Assembly: GCA_029856435.1 (NCBI GenBank)
Contig: JAHQXB010000158.1
Location: 1 to 36,347 of the forward strand
Direction of reading: 5' to 3'
DNA length: 36,347 nucleotides
DNA from: Candidatus Jordarchaeia archaeon
Lineage (GTDB): Archaea; Asgardarchaeota; Jordiarchaeia; Jordiarchaeales; Jordiarchaeaceae
The position numbers were made by a program, and so were the translations under genes. Each line of letters opens with the position of its first letter. Within the stretch, counting starts at the first letter, position 1. Below are positions 27,773 through 36,347 of the stretch, one piece after another. A model generated the notes under the pieces. It saw only the letters and a list, made by a program, of their open reading frames with translations. It was not told where the DNA came from and did no database searches.

Positions 27773-28246
27773 CTAGTTTTTAGTGTTTGGAATAAATTTG
27801 TGGCACCTTATGCATTCGAACCCGATGGGTTTCTCTTCTCCCCTTATTAGCAATGCGTCGGATTCGCCGAGTTCTCCATCGCCGCAAAGATGAAGAGCAG
27901 TAATTTTTGAGGTGTTCCCACAATGGAAACATTCATACTCGTACTCCACAGAGGATACATTCTTGACTTTATCGATGGATACCACATACTTTTCTATGAA
28001 CATTCTGCGACACACGGCACAGGAGTATACTATTTCATCGGCAATTATTGTTGTCGGGCAACCACAGCGAGGGCAATTTTTGTGGGGCCTTTTAACCCGG
28101 GATCCAAATAAACTTTTGGTCTCTAATTTTTGGTACCATCCACACCATTTGCAGACTTCGTGTAGAGGTGAATCGGTTTCGGGTGAGCTGATTCTTCTGA
28201 AAACCTTCATGAGCTCGGCCTTTTTCCACATTCGCTTTACCCTCAT
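27773..28246 (-). CDS. Cys-rich multi-zinc-ribbon protein
   Basis: Five CxxC motifs (CKWC, CPRC, CAVC, CFHC, CIRC); likely start at second ATG 28231. Confidence 0.7.
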   Translation of the reverse strand: MRVKRMWKKAELMKVFRRISSPETDSPLHEVCKWCGWYQKLETKSLFGSRVKRPHKNCPRCGCPTTIIADEIVYSCAVCRRMFIEKYVVSIDKVKNVSSVEYEYECFHCGNTSKITALHLCGDGELGESDALLIRGEEKPIGFECIRCHKFIPNTKN

Positions 28247-28565
28247 TGCATAGCCTTACGCAGAAGTATTTCTGCACAGTCGCACGTATAACAAAATTGG
28301 TTGAATGTATATATATAGCTTTCTCATCTTATTGAGAACTTCACAATAATTAAAAGGATAATATGCGAAAATAACAAAAAACCCTATAAAAATAATAGGA
28401 AAAATAGCGTCCCGCAGCAAAACAGTAAAAAATCACGTAAAAACAAATATTTAAAATATTATAAACTCTAAACAAACCCCAATGAATTTTAGAAGGAAAA
28501 GACAGGGATAAGTAAAACTGTTTTTTCCAACATGGCTTATAAAAATTTTATTAAACCTGTTACTG

Positions 28566-28864
28566 AATGATTTAGAATCGTTCGATTTCGCCTCAAAAAG
28601 GGGGTGTTTATAGGGCTTCTTTCACGATTTGGAGCCTTATTAGGGAGATGGAATCGAATAAATCTGCATCACCCCATATGTTTAAGCAACACTCCGGGGG
28701 GCTGAATTTTTGTAGTGACCTTGCCTTAGCCTGCCTCCGCATCCCTCCCTACCTCCATTTTTCTACACAAGGTGTTAAAAAGATGGGGAAATGTTTTCTC
28801 TCAAAGCCAGCCACAAAAACAGATCCCTACAAACAGGAGTGCTGCCTAAACATATGGCATCACC
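28566..28864. mobile_element. MITE family A, copy 2 (body 28566-28673, left end decayed), split by a nested MITE; 10-bp TSD CCTGTTACTG
   Basis: 104/108 identity to copy 3; TSD at 28556-28565 and 28865-28874; CATCACC end duplicated at 28858-28864. Confidence 0.88.
28675..28856. mobile_element. 182-bp MITE family B with CAT termini (IS4-like ends), nested in the right end of MITE A
   Basis: 21-bp TIR CATATGTTTAAGCAACACTCC / GGAGTGCTGCCTAAACATATG (19/21 match); 9-bp TSD GCATCACCC at 28666-28674 and 28857-28865. Confidence 0.85.
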
Positions 28865-28868
28865 CCTG

Positions 28869-29252
28869 TTACTGGTTTCTCTTCCCGAATTGGTTAACCC
28901 GTGCTGCGAGACTTCTTAGACAAGAAAGCTTGGAAGGATTGCCACTATATTTATGCATGATACTCTCAGCATAAGTCATAAAGCTCTCCATATCTACTCC
29001 TCGTTTAAGAAATAGACAGAGAAGGTTATATTTGTATGAAGATACAACCACATTTTTATCTTTAAAAACTATAGCTTTGGGCAGGATGTTGCGGTGCATC
29101 CCCACCATAAACATGGTGTAAAACTCAGTTATCATTTCCTTTACCGATGTCTCTCCGTCAAGGCTCGTTTCCCATTTTAACATTGGCCCATATTCCTGAT
29201 CCATGCCAATTAATGCCACTGCCTTCAACCCATAATCTTTAAGCGACTCCAC
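28869..29252 (-). CDS. Small longin/uDENN-like domain protein
   Basis: AVALIGMDQEYGPML resembles the (F/M)D.. .GP.L start of uDENN/longin folds; 127 aa; GTG start with GAGG RBS; stop codon lies within the MITE TSD. Confidence 0.5.
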   Translation of the reverse strand: MESLKDYGLKAVALIGMDQEYGPMLKWETSLDGETSVKEMITEFYTMFMVGMHRNILPKAIVFKDKNVVVSSYKYNLLCLFLKRGVDMESFMTYAESIMHKYSGNPSKLSCLRSLAARVNQFGKRNQ

Positions 29253-29469
29253 TTTTAATCCTCCTCTATGCCACTGAGAGAAATTAACATGAAATTATAT
29301 TAAATATAGTATTTTTTAGATAATATTCAAAGAACCTTTTCTTGAAAAATCCAAAAAACCTTATTATGCTTCAAATTATTCAAGTACTAAAACTTAATAG
29401 TATGCAAATGTTTAACAAAATAATTGTATATACCCCTAAATTACTTATACAAAATTTTTCATATTCCTT

Positions 29470-29577
29470 GGTGATGTAGAATCGTTCGTTTTCGCCTCAA
29501 AAAGGGGGTGTTTATAGGGCTTCTTTCACGATTTGGAGCCTTATTAGGGAGATGGAATCGAATAAATCTGCATCACC
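29470..29577. mobile_element. MITE family A, copy 3; 10-bp TSD CATATTCCTT
   Basis: Intact TIRs; TSD at 29460-29469 and 29578-29587. Confidence 0.9.
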
Positions 29578-29638
29578 CATATTCCTTAATGGAAAAATTA
29601 AAAAGATTCTAAATTAAGGGAAAAAAATAGGGAAACAT

Positions 29639-30070
29639 ATGGCCATAAGAAACTTATACGTCTTCAAATCTTCAGGTCTCCTGCTGTTTCATAAAGACTA
29701 CCAATCGGTTAGTGTGGACTCTAATCTAGTATCCGGCTTCTTTTCAGCAATACAATCCTTTGCTGAAACACTTTTACAGGAAAAAGAAACAGAACTCCAC
29801 AGTATGAATTTAGGCAAATACACCTTCATATTTCATTCTGAAGACGATTTAGAAATCACAACGGTAATTGTGGTTGACGACATAAAAAAGGATCAAGAAA
29901 ACGCAAAAAGAATTATAGATGCTTTAAACAAAATACTTAAAGAAAAAAGATCAGTGATAGAAACTTTTAAAGGAAATCTTGAAGACTTCTCTGATATTAC
30001 ACAAAAACTAGATGAAATAGTTAAACCAGAAACCCTAGATAAAAGAGCTATAAAAGCCCTATGGGAATAA
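29639..30070 (+). CDS. Longin-domain protein (Fuz/Mon1/TRAPP/AP-sigma-like, Asgard-type)
   Basis: IRNLYVFKSSGLLLF...LVSGFFSAIQSFA...HSMNLGKYTFIF is a typical longin pattern. Confidence 0.75.
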   Translation: MAIRNLYVFKSSGLLLFHKDYQSVSVDSNLVSGFFSAIQSFAETLLQEKETELHSMNLGKYTFIFHSEDDLEITTVIVVDDIKKDQENAKRIIDALNKILKEKRSVIETFKGNLEDFSDITQKLDEIVKPETLDKRAIKALWE

Positions 30071-30186
30071 TAAAAAAACAAAAATCCAACGCGGGAAAAA
30101 ATGAGAGGGCCTATGACACTTTTTATCCTCGGAACTTGAGCTCTTCAACTAGAATGAAGTATTCTTTGACAAATGAGTTTTAAATG

Positions 30187-30374
30187 TTTTTAAAACCGAT
30201 ATTTCGCAGATTCTGGGAAGCTCTTTGGGTGATTGTGCTTTTCTCAAAATGGTTTGGAGTTGCTTTTTCACCGGCATGGTATATTTATTCTCCCAAAAGC
30301 GGGAAGTGTGATGATGGGACGCTACGCAATCCCATTAAAGGATCCTAAATCTGCGAAAAAATGGGTTTAAAAAA
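30187..30374. repeat. Long imperfect inverted repeat (~190 bp) in a convergent intergenic region
   Basis: TTTCGCAGATT (30202-30212) / AATCTGCGAAA (30348-30358) perfect 11 bp, extended by TTTTTAAAACC / GGTTTAAAAAA; internal ATGGGA/TCCCAT hairpin. Confidence 0.55.
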
Positions 30375-30406
30375 GGCCAAAAAAATGTGATGGATGGAGT
30401 ATGAAC

Positions 30407-30904
30407 TTACCATTCTCTAGTAATCAAGCCACCTATCATCCCTAGACCTGCCGGCAGTCCAAAGAGAAGTGCATAATCCCAACCAGAAACGCCAGTGATG
30501 ATGCCGAATATAGAGCTCCAGTCAAGGTGACCAGAAATGCCCCAGGCGAAGTAGCCGATAACCACTATGAAGGAGCATATTATTCCAATGATTATGGCCT
30601 TCAAAGGATGCTTCGTAATGAGTCCGGAAATGAAGCCTGCAAGGCTTAGGGCTGCAATTGGAACAAAGGTCTGTGCAGGTGGACCTGCGGTGGCTAATGT
30701 GTAGGGGCGTATCAAGTAGTCCGTGACTGCAAATTTAACATTGGACCAGAATGCTGTATACTGTCCACTGCTCTCCAAGGGCAACAGCCACAAACTGTAA
30801 GCATTGTACAGGTTCATCAGAGTGTGTCCCATAGCTACGAAGTAGATAATCCCGAACATTGTTGCAAGACATACTATAAATGCTAAAATGTGTCTCAAAA
30901 TCAT
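30407..30904 (-). CDS. Multi-pass membrane protein
   Basis: About 4 hydrophobic, Gly-rich helices. Confidence 0.75.
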   Translation of the reverse strand: MILRHILAFIVCLATMFGIIYFVAMGHTLMNLYNAYSLWLLPLESSGQYTAFWSNVKFAVTDYLIRPYTLATAGPPAQTFVPIAALSLAGFISGLITKHPLKAIIIGIICSFIVVIGYFAWGISGHLDWSSIFGIITGVSGWDYALLFGLPAGLGMIGGLITREW

Positions 30905-31231
30905 TCTTTAATCGCTTCCTTTTACTTTTTTCTATGTGGATATATTCTTTCTGCAAATTAAAAATGTGCCGTTTAAGGCATTACTTAACTCTAAAATAAA
31001 ACTCGGTTTCTAATCTTTAAATATTCATATTATTCTTTATCGAAGAGGTACCTTTGATCGCACTTCGCAGACTCTATCTGAATAATTTTGCTCCTCTCGG
31101 TGTATCCAGCAACATTTTTGCTTTTTCGTGGGCTTATGGTTTTTCTCTGAAAGATGGAAGTGTTAGTGGCTTAAGGTTAATCAAAATAAGGGATGCAAAA
31201 AATCTGAAAATGGTTTTTTATAACTCCGGTT

Positions 31232-32197
31232 TTATTCTTCGCTTGTTTTCTTTTCTGGGTTGGATGTTTTGGCTCCGAACGCTTTTCCGATTTGACCCGT
31301 GATGTTTAGTAGCTCTGTCGGGATGACATATTTCCGAGAGTTTCCAGCAGCCATGTTCCTAAGGGTATCCAGGTACTGTATTCCTAGCGTTTTGGTATCT
31401 ATATTCTTCGCCACTCCCTGTATGATTTCCAGAGCTTGGGAGTAGCCTTCTGCCTTTAAAATGGATGCCTGCCTCTTAGCCTCGGCCCTAAGAATGAGGG
31501 CCTTCTTTGCGGCCTCCGCTCTCAAAATTGTTGCCCTCTTTTGTCCCTCTGCCGTTTTTATGGAGGCCACCCTTGTTCCATCAGCCTCAGTGACGGTAGC
31601 TCTTCTCATTCTTTCTGCTTCCATTTGTTTTATCATTGCTTCGAGAACTTGTGATGGGGGCAATATTTCCCGTATTTCGACACTTGTAATTTTAACGCCC
31701 CAACGGTTTGTGACTTCATCCAATTTCTCTCTGAGTATATTATTTATGCGTTCCCGCTCAGCCAGAATCTCATCAAGATTTATATCCCCCACCACCGACC
31801 TAAGGGTGGTTTGAGATAATCCCACGGCGGCCCCCTTCCAGTCTGCAACCTTAATAACTGAATCATAGGCGTCCATAATTCTGTGATAAATTAAAACATC
31901 GATCTCTGCAGGAGCATTATCTTTTGTTATGCATTTCTGTCTTGGCACATCAAAGAAGCTCTCTCTCAAATCCACTTTAACAGCTCGATCTATGATAGGA
32001 ATTACATAGATTAGTCCTGGACCTTTAGCTCCCGGTAGTGCTCTCCCCAAGCGGAATATTACGGCCCGCTCATATTCTCGGTATACGCGGAGTCCACTTA
32101 TAATAACTAGTAAAATGAGTATTAAAACTATTATAAATGCTATGAATATTGGGTTTTCCAATAGTGAGGTTTGAAACTGTAGTTGGGCTGTTAACAT
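31232..32197 (-). CDS. SPFH/band-7 (stomatin/QmcA-like) protein (start moved to ATG 32197)
   Basis: N-terminal TM, YERAVIFRLG, PIID, ITKDNA, TTLRSVVG, WGVKITSVEI, AEG/AEA repeats; GGAGAAGGAG RBS. Confidence 0.92.
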   Translation of the reverse strand: MLTAQLQFQTSLLENPIFIAFIIVLILILLVIISGLRVYREYERAVIFRLGRALPGAKGPGLIYVIPIIDRAVKVDLRESFFDVPRQKCITKDNAPAEIDVLIYHRIMDAYDSVIKVADWKGAAVGLSQTTLRSVVGDINLDEILAERERINNILREKLDEVTNRWGVKITSVEIREILPPSQVLEAMIKQMEAERMRRATVTEADGTRVASIKTAEGQKRATILRAEAAKKALILRAEAKRQASILKAEGYSQALEIIQGVAKNIDTKTLGIQYLDTLRNMAAGNSRKYVIPTELLNITGQIGKAFGAKTSNPEKKTSEE

Positions 32198-32440
32198 TTT
32201 CTCCTTCTCCCTTATGTTGTATTTACCCTTGCTTCTATATTCTTTCACAGGACTTTTAAATCTTTATAATTGTGCATAGTAACTTCTAATATTGGACTAA
32301 AGGGGGGACAGGTTCCAATCAACTTTTTTTGTGTAGCCATTTCCATTTAGTTATTTTGGCTTGTTTTCCATAGTGTTTAAAAAGTACTTTTGCAATGTTA
32401 ATCTTAGGATTTTTACTAAAATCGCCCCATTTAGAGGTAA

Positions 32441-35107
32441 ATGACATTGTTCCTTGCCCGGTGTGTAGATGATGGAACACTGAGTGATTTTTACCTTGTC
32501 GATGTTCACATGCATTTAGGTGTTGATCGAGGCCCACCTATAAAGAATTATAATCGCGATAATTTTTTCAAGTTTTGTCAGTCGGTAGGGAAAGCCTTTT
32601 TTAAGGAATTGTCTGGGGAATCAAGTCTTAAATATAGGCTAGAGGGGAATAGTGGTACCAGTGAGTTTGTTGGCTTTCCTCTCTTGTTGGAAGGTAAAGA
32701 GAATTCACAAACTTTGTTTGACGAGTTCTTTGTGGCCCCCTATGTGAGTAAAATTGCCTCCATCAGCGTGGATCATGTAAAAGTTGAAAATGATGAAGCT
32801 CAAGTTTTAGGGAATAATAATTTAATTTTGAAGTGGAGCGCTCTTTCTGGCTTGGAACGTTTCACAACTTTCAAATATGTGATGTCTTCAAGTACAAGTT
32901 CGATAGAGAATGAGGTTCGATTGGCTCAGAGTGAGGGTTTTGCTGGTATTAAGGTTAAATTTGACTTTTTAGAAGGGTCATTTAAATCTGTACTTAGGCT
33001 CCTACAGAATAAGAATACACCGCTTATGATAGAGATGTTGAGCTCAAAAAAATTTGAAACATTTTATGAATCATTAAAGGATGCTAGGTTAGAAATTGGT
33101 GGCAATCTAACTCCAATTATTCTTAATTGCTTCGAGTATGATTCAAATGAGGATTTGTTCTGGAAAATTCTAGAAGGGGATAATATTTATGTTGATCCAT
33201 CTGGCTTGGAGGTTAAAAACCTAGTTTCCTTCATAAGTTCAATGAAAAGTAACGTACCCAATTGGTCTAAGAAAATATTATTCGGTACTAACTATCCCTT
33301 TTGCAAAATTGGTGATATTGTAAAAATTTTAAGATACCTTTTCAGCTATGATTTTGTGGGGAACTCGGCCGATCTTAGGAGAATAATGGGAGCGAACGCC
33401 TTAGAATTGATTCCGCCTCGCTACAGTTCAACGGCCGGTCCAGTAGAAGAAAAATGCGTTATGGCTATTGATGAGTATTCTGAACAGGCAGCGAAAATGT
33501 TCGAAGAATTATTGAGCTATTATATAAAAAGGGGCGCAATAAAAATTAGTTCGTGTGACTTTTTGGCAAGAAGTGAAGATGGGGTTGTCGATATTTCAAA
33601 ATATTTACTAACTTTAAAGTCCACAAAGGAAAAGGAAAATGGCGTTACCATCCTGTTTATGAAATCCCGAGGAAGCAAAACCCGTGACGCCCTAGCACTA
33701 GCAGTGCTAAGTCCTAAAACCTTAAGCGGGTTTAAAAATAAGACAATTGAAAATGTTGGAAATAACGAAAACCTAAAGAATCTGCTAAGACAAGCCCACT
33801 TTATCTCCTCGGATAGTGAAGTATCCGAATTAATTACTGAGGCACTCTACAAAACCAACACAATTGAAAGAGACGAACTTAAAATATACACGCTCTCTGC
33901 GGCTCCGCTCAGAGAAAAGGTTGTAGGAATCAATCCCAAAGACATGCAAGCTCTCGGTCTAAATGACTATGATGTAATCATCGTGGAACCTACCGCTACA
34001 GGGGACTGGTACGCCGCTTTAGTGAAAAGCTTTGAAGATGTTTCTCTAGGAGACCTACAAGTTAACGAAGAACTTATGAACGATTGGTACGTCTTCGAGG
34101 GAGACACTGTAAAAATAGAAAAATATACTGGCAAACTTGACCTTCTCAGACAAGTGGACTTTGCAGTAGAATCCTCAGAAGAAATGAAACTACCAGAATT
34201 CTTAGTTAAAATTAAAGATAAGATGGATCTACTCTATGAAAAACTAGATGGAATCTATATAGGAAAAGACATGAGGCTTATACTATCGATGCTATTTTTG
34301 GACTCCCCAACCATTATAAGGCCTGTTTATTTTCAACCTGAGCTTGAAGACAAGAAGCTTGGAATTATCAAAAAAGGAAAGACCATAATTAATTTTGTCT
34401 CTAAAAAATTGATTAAACCATACAATCTACTCCTAGTCATAGACGTGTCCGAAATTATGAAAGAATCAGAAGTACCCATTGACGAATTTGAAAAAATGGT
34501 GGATCTATTTACTGCACTGGATGCAAATCAAGTGGAGAAATTCGAAAAACAAATCCATGACGGAAAAATCAGAAAAAACAACGCTGTAGCTTTAATTGGG
34601 ATTTCCTGCTTAAAGAATCTTTCAGAACAAAGCAATCTAAATAAGGCATCCGTCATATCTTACTCTAATCAAAGCAGTTTGTTCACCATACTAGAAAAAA
34701 CAAAGGTAATACCCTACATGGATTTCAGCGCAAATAGAAAAAATTTCTCCCTAAAAGTGCTTTCATCATATATAATTGACAAGTGCCAGTCTCCTGAGGG
34801 AAAAGCAGACCTCAAAGAAGCAGGAAGCAAAATTAAAGAGTTCACTGAAAAAATAGGAGGAAAAATTCCAACCCTAATTGTAATAATCACCTCTTTGGAA
34901 AAAGCAGAGAACTTCGAAATCTTCCAAGAAATCGCAGATAAAGACCCTAAAATAAAATTCGCATTAGTACAAATTGGCAAAACCGAAAATGAAAGCGACT
35001 TGAGAGAAGCTGTAGAATCCATAAAAGGTAAATACATTCCCATCAGAAAAATAGACCACCAAACCTTGGAAATAGATTTGGCATCTATGCTAATTGACCT
35101 TTTATAA
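32441..35107 (+). CDS. Multidomain protein: amidohydrolase-like TIM barrel + CDC48 N-terminal-like domain + vWA-like domain
   Basis: DVHMH, GIKVK, YVDPS, KILFGTNYPF, IMGANALEL; VGINPKDMQALGLNDYDVIIVE...LQVNEELM.DW.V.EGDTVKIEK; LLLVIDVSEIM ...LIVIITS. Confidence 0.65.
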   Translation: MTLFLARCVDDGTLSDFYLVDVHMHLGVDRGPPIKNYNRDNFFKFCQSVGKAFFKELSGESSLKYRLEGNSGTSEFVGFPLLLEGKENSQTLFDEFFVAPYVSKIASISVDHVKVENDEAQVLGNNNLILKWSALSGLERFTTFKYVMSSSTSSIENEVRLAQSEGFAGIKVKFDFLEGSFKSVLRLLQNKNTPLMIEMLSSKKFETFYESLKDARLEIGGNLTPIILNCFEYDSNEDLFWKILEGDNIYVDPSGLEVKNLVSFISSMKSNVPNWSKKILFGTNYPFCKIGDIVKILRYLFSYDFVGNSADLRRIMGANALELIPPRYSSTAGPVEEKCVMAIDEYSEQAAKMFEELLSYYIKRGAIKISSCDFLARSEDGVVDISKYLLTLKSTKEKENGVTILFMKSRGSKTRDALALAVLSPKTLSGFKNKTIENVGNNENLKNLLRQAHFISSDSEVSELITEALYKTNTIERDELKIYTLSAAPLREKVVGINPKDMQALGLNDYDVIIVEPTATGDWYAALVKSFEDVSLGDLQVNEELMNDWYVFEGDTVKIEKYTGKLDLLRQVDFAVESSEEMKLPEFLVKIKDKMDLLYEKLDGIYIGKDMRLILSMLFLDSPTIIRPVYFQPELEDKKLGIIKKGKTIINFVSKKLIKPYNLLLVIDVSEIMKESEVPIDEFEKMVDLFTALDANQVEKFEKQIHDGKIRKNNAVALIGISCLKNLSEQSNLNKASVISYSNQSSLFTILEKTKVIPYMDFSANRKNFSLKVLSSYIIDKCQSPEGKADLKEAGSKIKEFTEKIGGKIPTLIVIITSLEKAENFEIFQEIADKDPKIKFALVQIGKTENESDLREAVESIKGKYIPIRKIDHQTLEIDLASMLIDLL

Positions 35108-35181
35108 CAAATTCATAATGAAATATGGCATCAGAAAATTGTATGCTAACCTTTTTGGTGAAAATCGTTTTTCCAAAATGT

Positions 35182-36183
35182 TTACCAGTAAAACAGGGAG
35201 AACAGAAATATTCTAATTACCAATAGCGCTGAGAAAACCACAAGCCATACTGGAAATTTCCACCGCATAATTTTGAGGCCGTCTAGGGGTCCGAAAGGTA
35301 ACATGTTGAATATTCCTATATCTGCGTTTATACTCGCCCCCACAATCAATATTTGATATAAGCTCACCTGCGAGAATAAAGATTGAACAGTGAAATTTTG
35401 GAAAATAAAGGATAATCCTAGTAAAACTATGCCTAGCACCAAGTTAACTAAAGGTCCTGAAAGAGAAGTCTTGCCTACAGTATGCCAATCGCTAGATCCA
35501 GAAATCATTACTGCGCCTGGCGCTAGAAACTTTAAAGGAGAAATAATGGAAACTAGTGTCACAAGGACGCCACTAAATATTAATCTAAATTCTGCTCGAA
35601 GACCATACATTTCGGCAACAAATTTATGGGCGAATTCATGTAGTAGAAAACTCACCACAACAATGGCTCCTAACCACAAAGCATTATCGATTCGAAAGAC
35701 CAGTAGAAAGTTTGACAACCATGGTACAAAAGAAACCAACCAGGTTAATCCGTTGAAGATCATCCAGATAAGAGTTCCAAACACAAAATTGCCCAGCCCA
35801 CTACTCAAAACCCATACTACACTGTAAATTAAACTTGAAAACACAACAACCAAAACAATGAAAGTGGCAATAGAGAGGTGGGCGACTTCTTTTTTAGAAG
35901 GCACTATTCTTGCCAATCTAGCAGCGGACTTATCATATACGATGCGTTTAGGAACTATATCTCTATCAAAGGTTCTCTCCTCATGTTTTGTTTCCATCTT
36001 CGCTGGTGCTCTTTCCAAATTGTTCCCTTTTTCTGAAACTAAAAGCGTGGAAGTACAATTATGATTTTCTGGGAGGCGATGTTCTATGCAAAAGTAACCC
36101 CCACAATTTCGGCACTTGAAGGGTAGGTAGTCTTCCTTACCACAGAAATCGCACTTGACCACTTTATAATCCTCCGCAACCAT
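35182..36183 (-). CDS. AN1-type zinc finger fused to M50 (site-2) intramembrane metalloprotease
   Basis: CDFC...CRNC..YFCIEHRLPENHNC; HEFAH (HExxH); NMLPFGPLDG. Likely start GTG 36162. Confidence 0.88.
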   Translation of the reverse strand: MVAEDYKVVKCDFCGKEDYLPFKCRNCGGYFCIEHRLPENHNCTSTLLVSEKGNNLERAPAKMETKHEERTFDRDIVPKRIVYDKSAARLARIVPSKKEVAHLSIATFIVLVVVFSSLIYSVVWVLSSGLGNFVFGTLIWMIFNGLTWLVSFVPWLSNFLLVFRIDNALWLGAIVVVSFLLHEFAHKFVAEMYGLRAEFRLIFSGVLVTLVSIISPLKFLAPGAVMISGSSDWHTVGKTSLSGPLVNLVLGIVLLGLSFIFQNFTVQSLFSQVSLYQILIVGASINADIGIFNMLPFGPLDGLKIMRWKFPVWLVVFSALLVIRIFLFSLFYW

Positions 36184-36347
36184 CCGAATTCATAAAACCT
36201 TAAATCCTAAAGAGACCAAGCACCTATTCTATATCAAGTCTTAGGGAAATTATAAAAAACAAAAATTTAAGTCTTTACCCCAAAAATATCCAAAAAGTTT
36301 CTTTTACACCCCCTATTGAAGCAAATAATCTATTAAAAAAATTATAA

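Noticed and set aside
12393-29577. 108-bp repeats as a CRISPR array or ncRNA family
   Set aside because: They are dispersed rather than tandem with spacers, and each has TIRs and its own TSD, which fits a MITE.

Overview
Archaeal chromosomal window, most likely Asgard (inferred from a ribophorin-I-like gene, two longin-type proteins and Trm112 with a large helical insertion). Most of it is housekeeping: cdrS-ftsZ2, a MiaB/MtaB methylthiotransferase, a MoaD/SAMP ubiquitin-like protein, HypB, N-glycosylation genes, a MutS5-like ATPase, NMNAT, Ogt, RtcA, Hsp20, NOG1, a proteasome beta subunit, a radical SAM enzyme and an SPFH protein. The headline finding is a 29-nt insertion that interrupts a 2[4Fe-4S] ferredoxin gene (10057-10085, minus strand). 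It folds into a bulge-helix-bulge (BHB) splice motif, and cutting at the standard BHB positions restores a perfect 61-aa ferredoxin. It is therefore a candidate tRNA-type intron in an mRNA. The next gene downstream is tRNA-Gln(UUG), which carries a 28-nt non-canonical intron at 53/54 with very similar architecture. Beside it lies an unidentified ~200-nt structured RNA candidate. Other notable items: three copies of a 108-bp MITE with IS1-like ends and 9-10 bp target-site duplications, one of them hit by a second nested 182-bp MITE; a probable ATA start for cdrS overlapped by a 5-codon uORF; a SAMP with a tail after its GG; a proteasome beta subunit lacking the catalytic Thr; and an amidohydrolase-like/CDC48-N/vWA fusion. 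All protein family calls come from motif recognition, not database searches.
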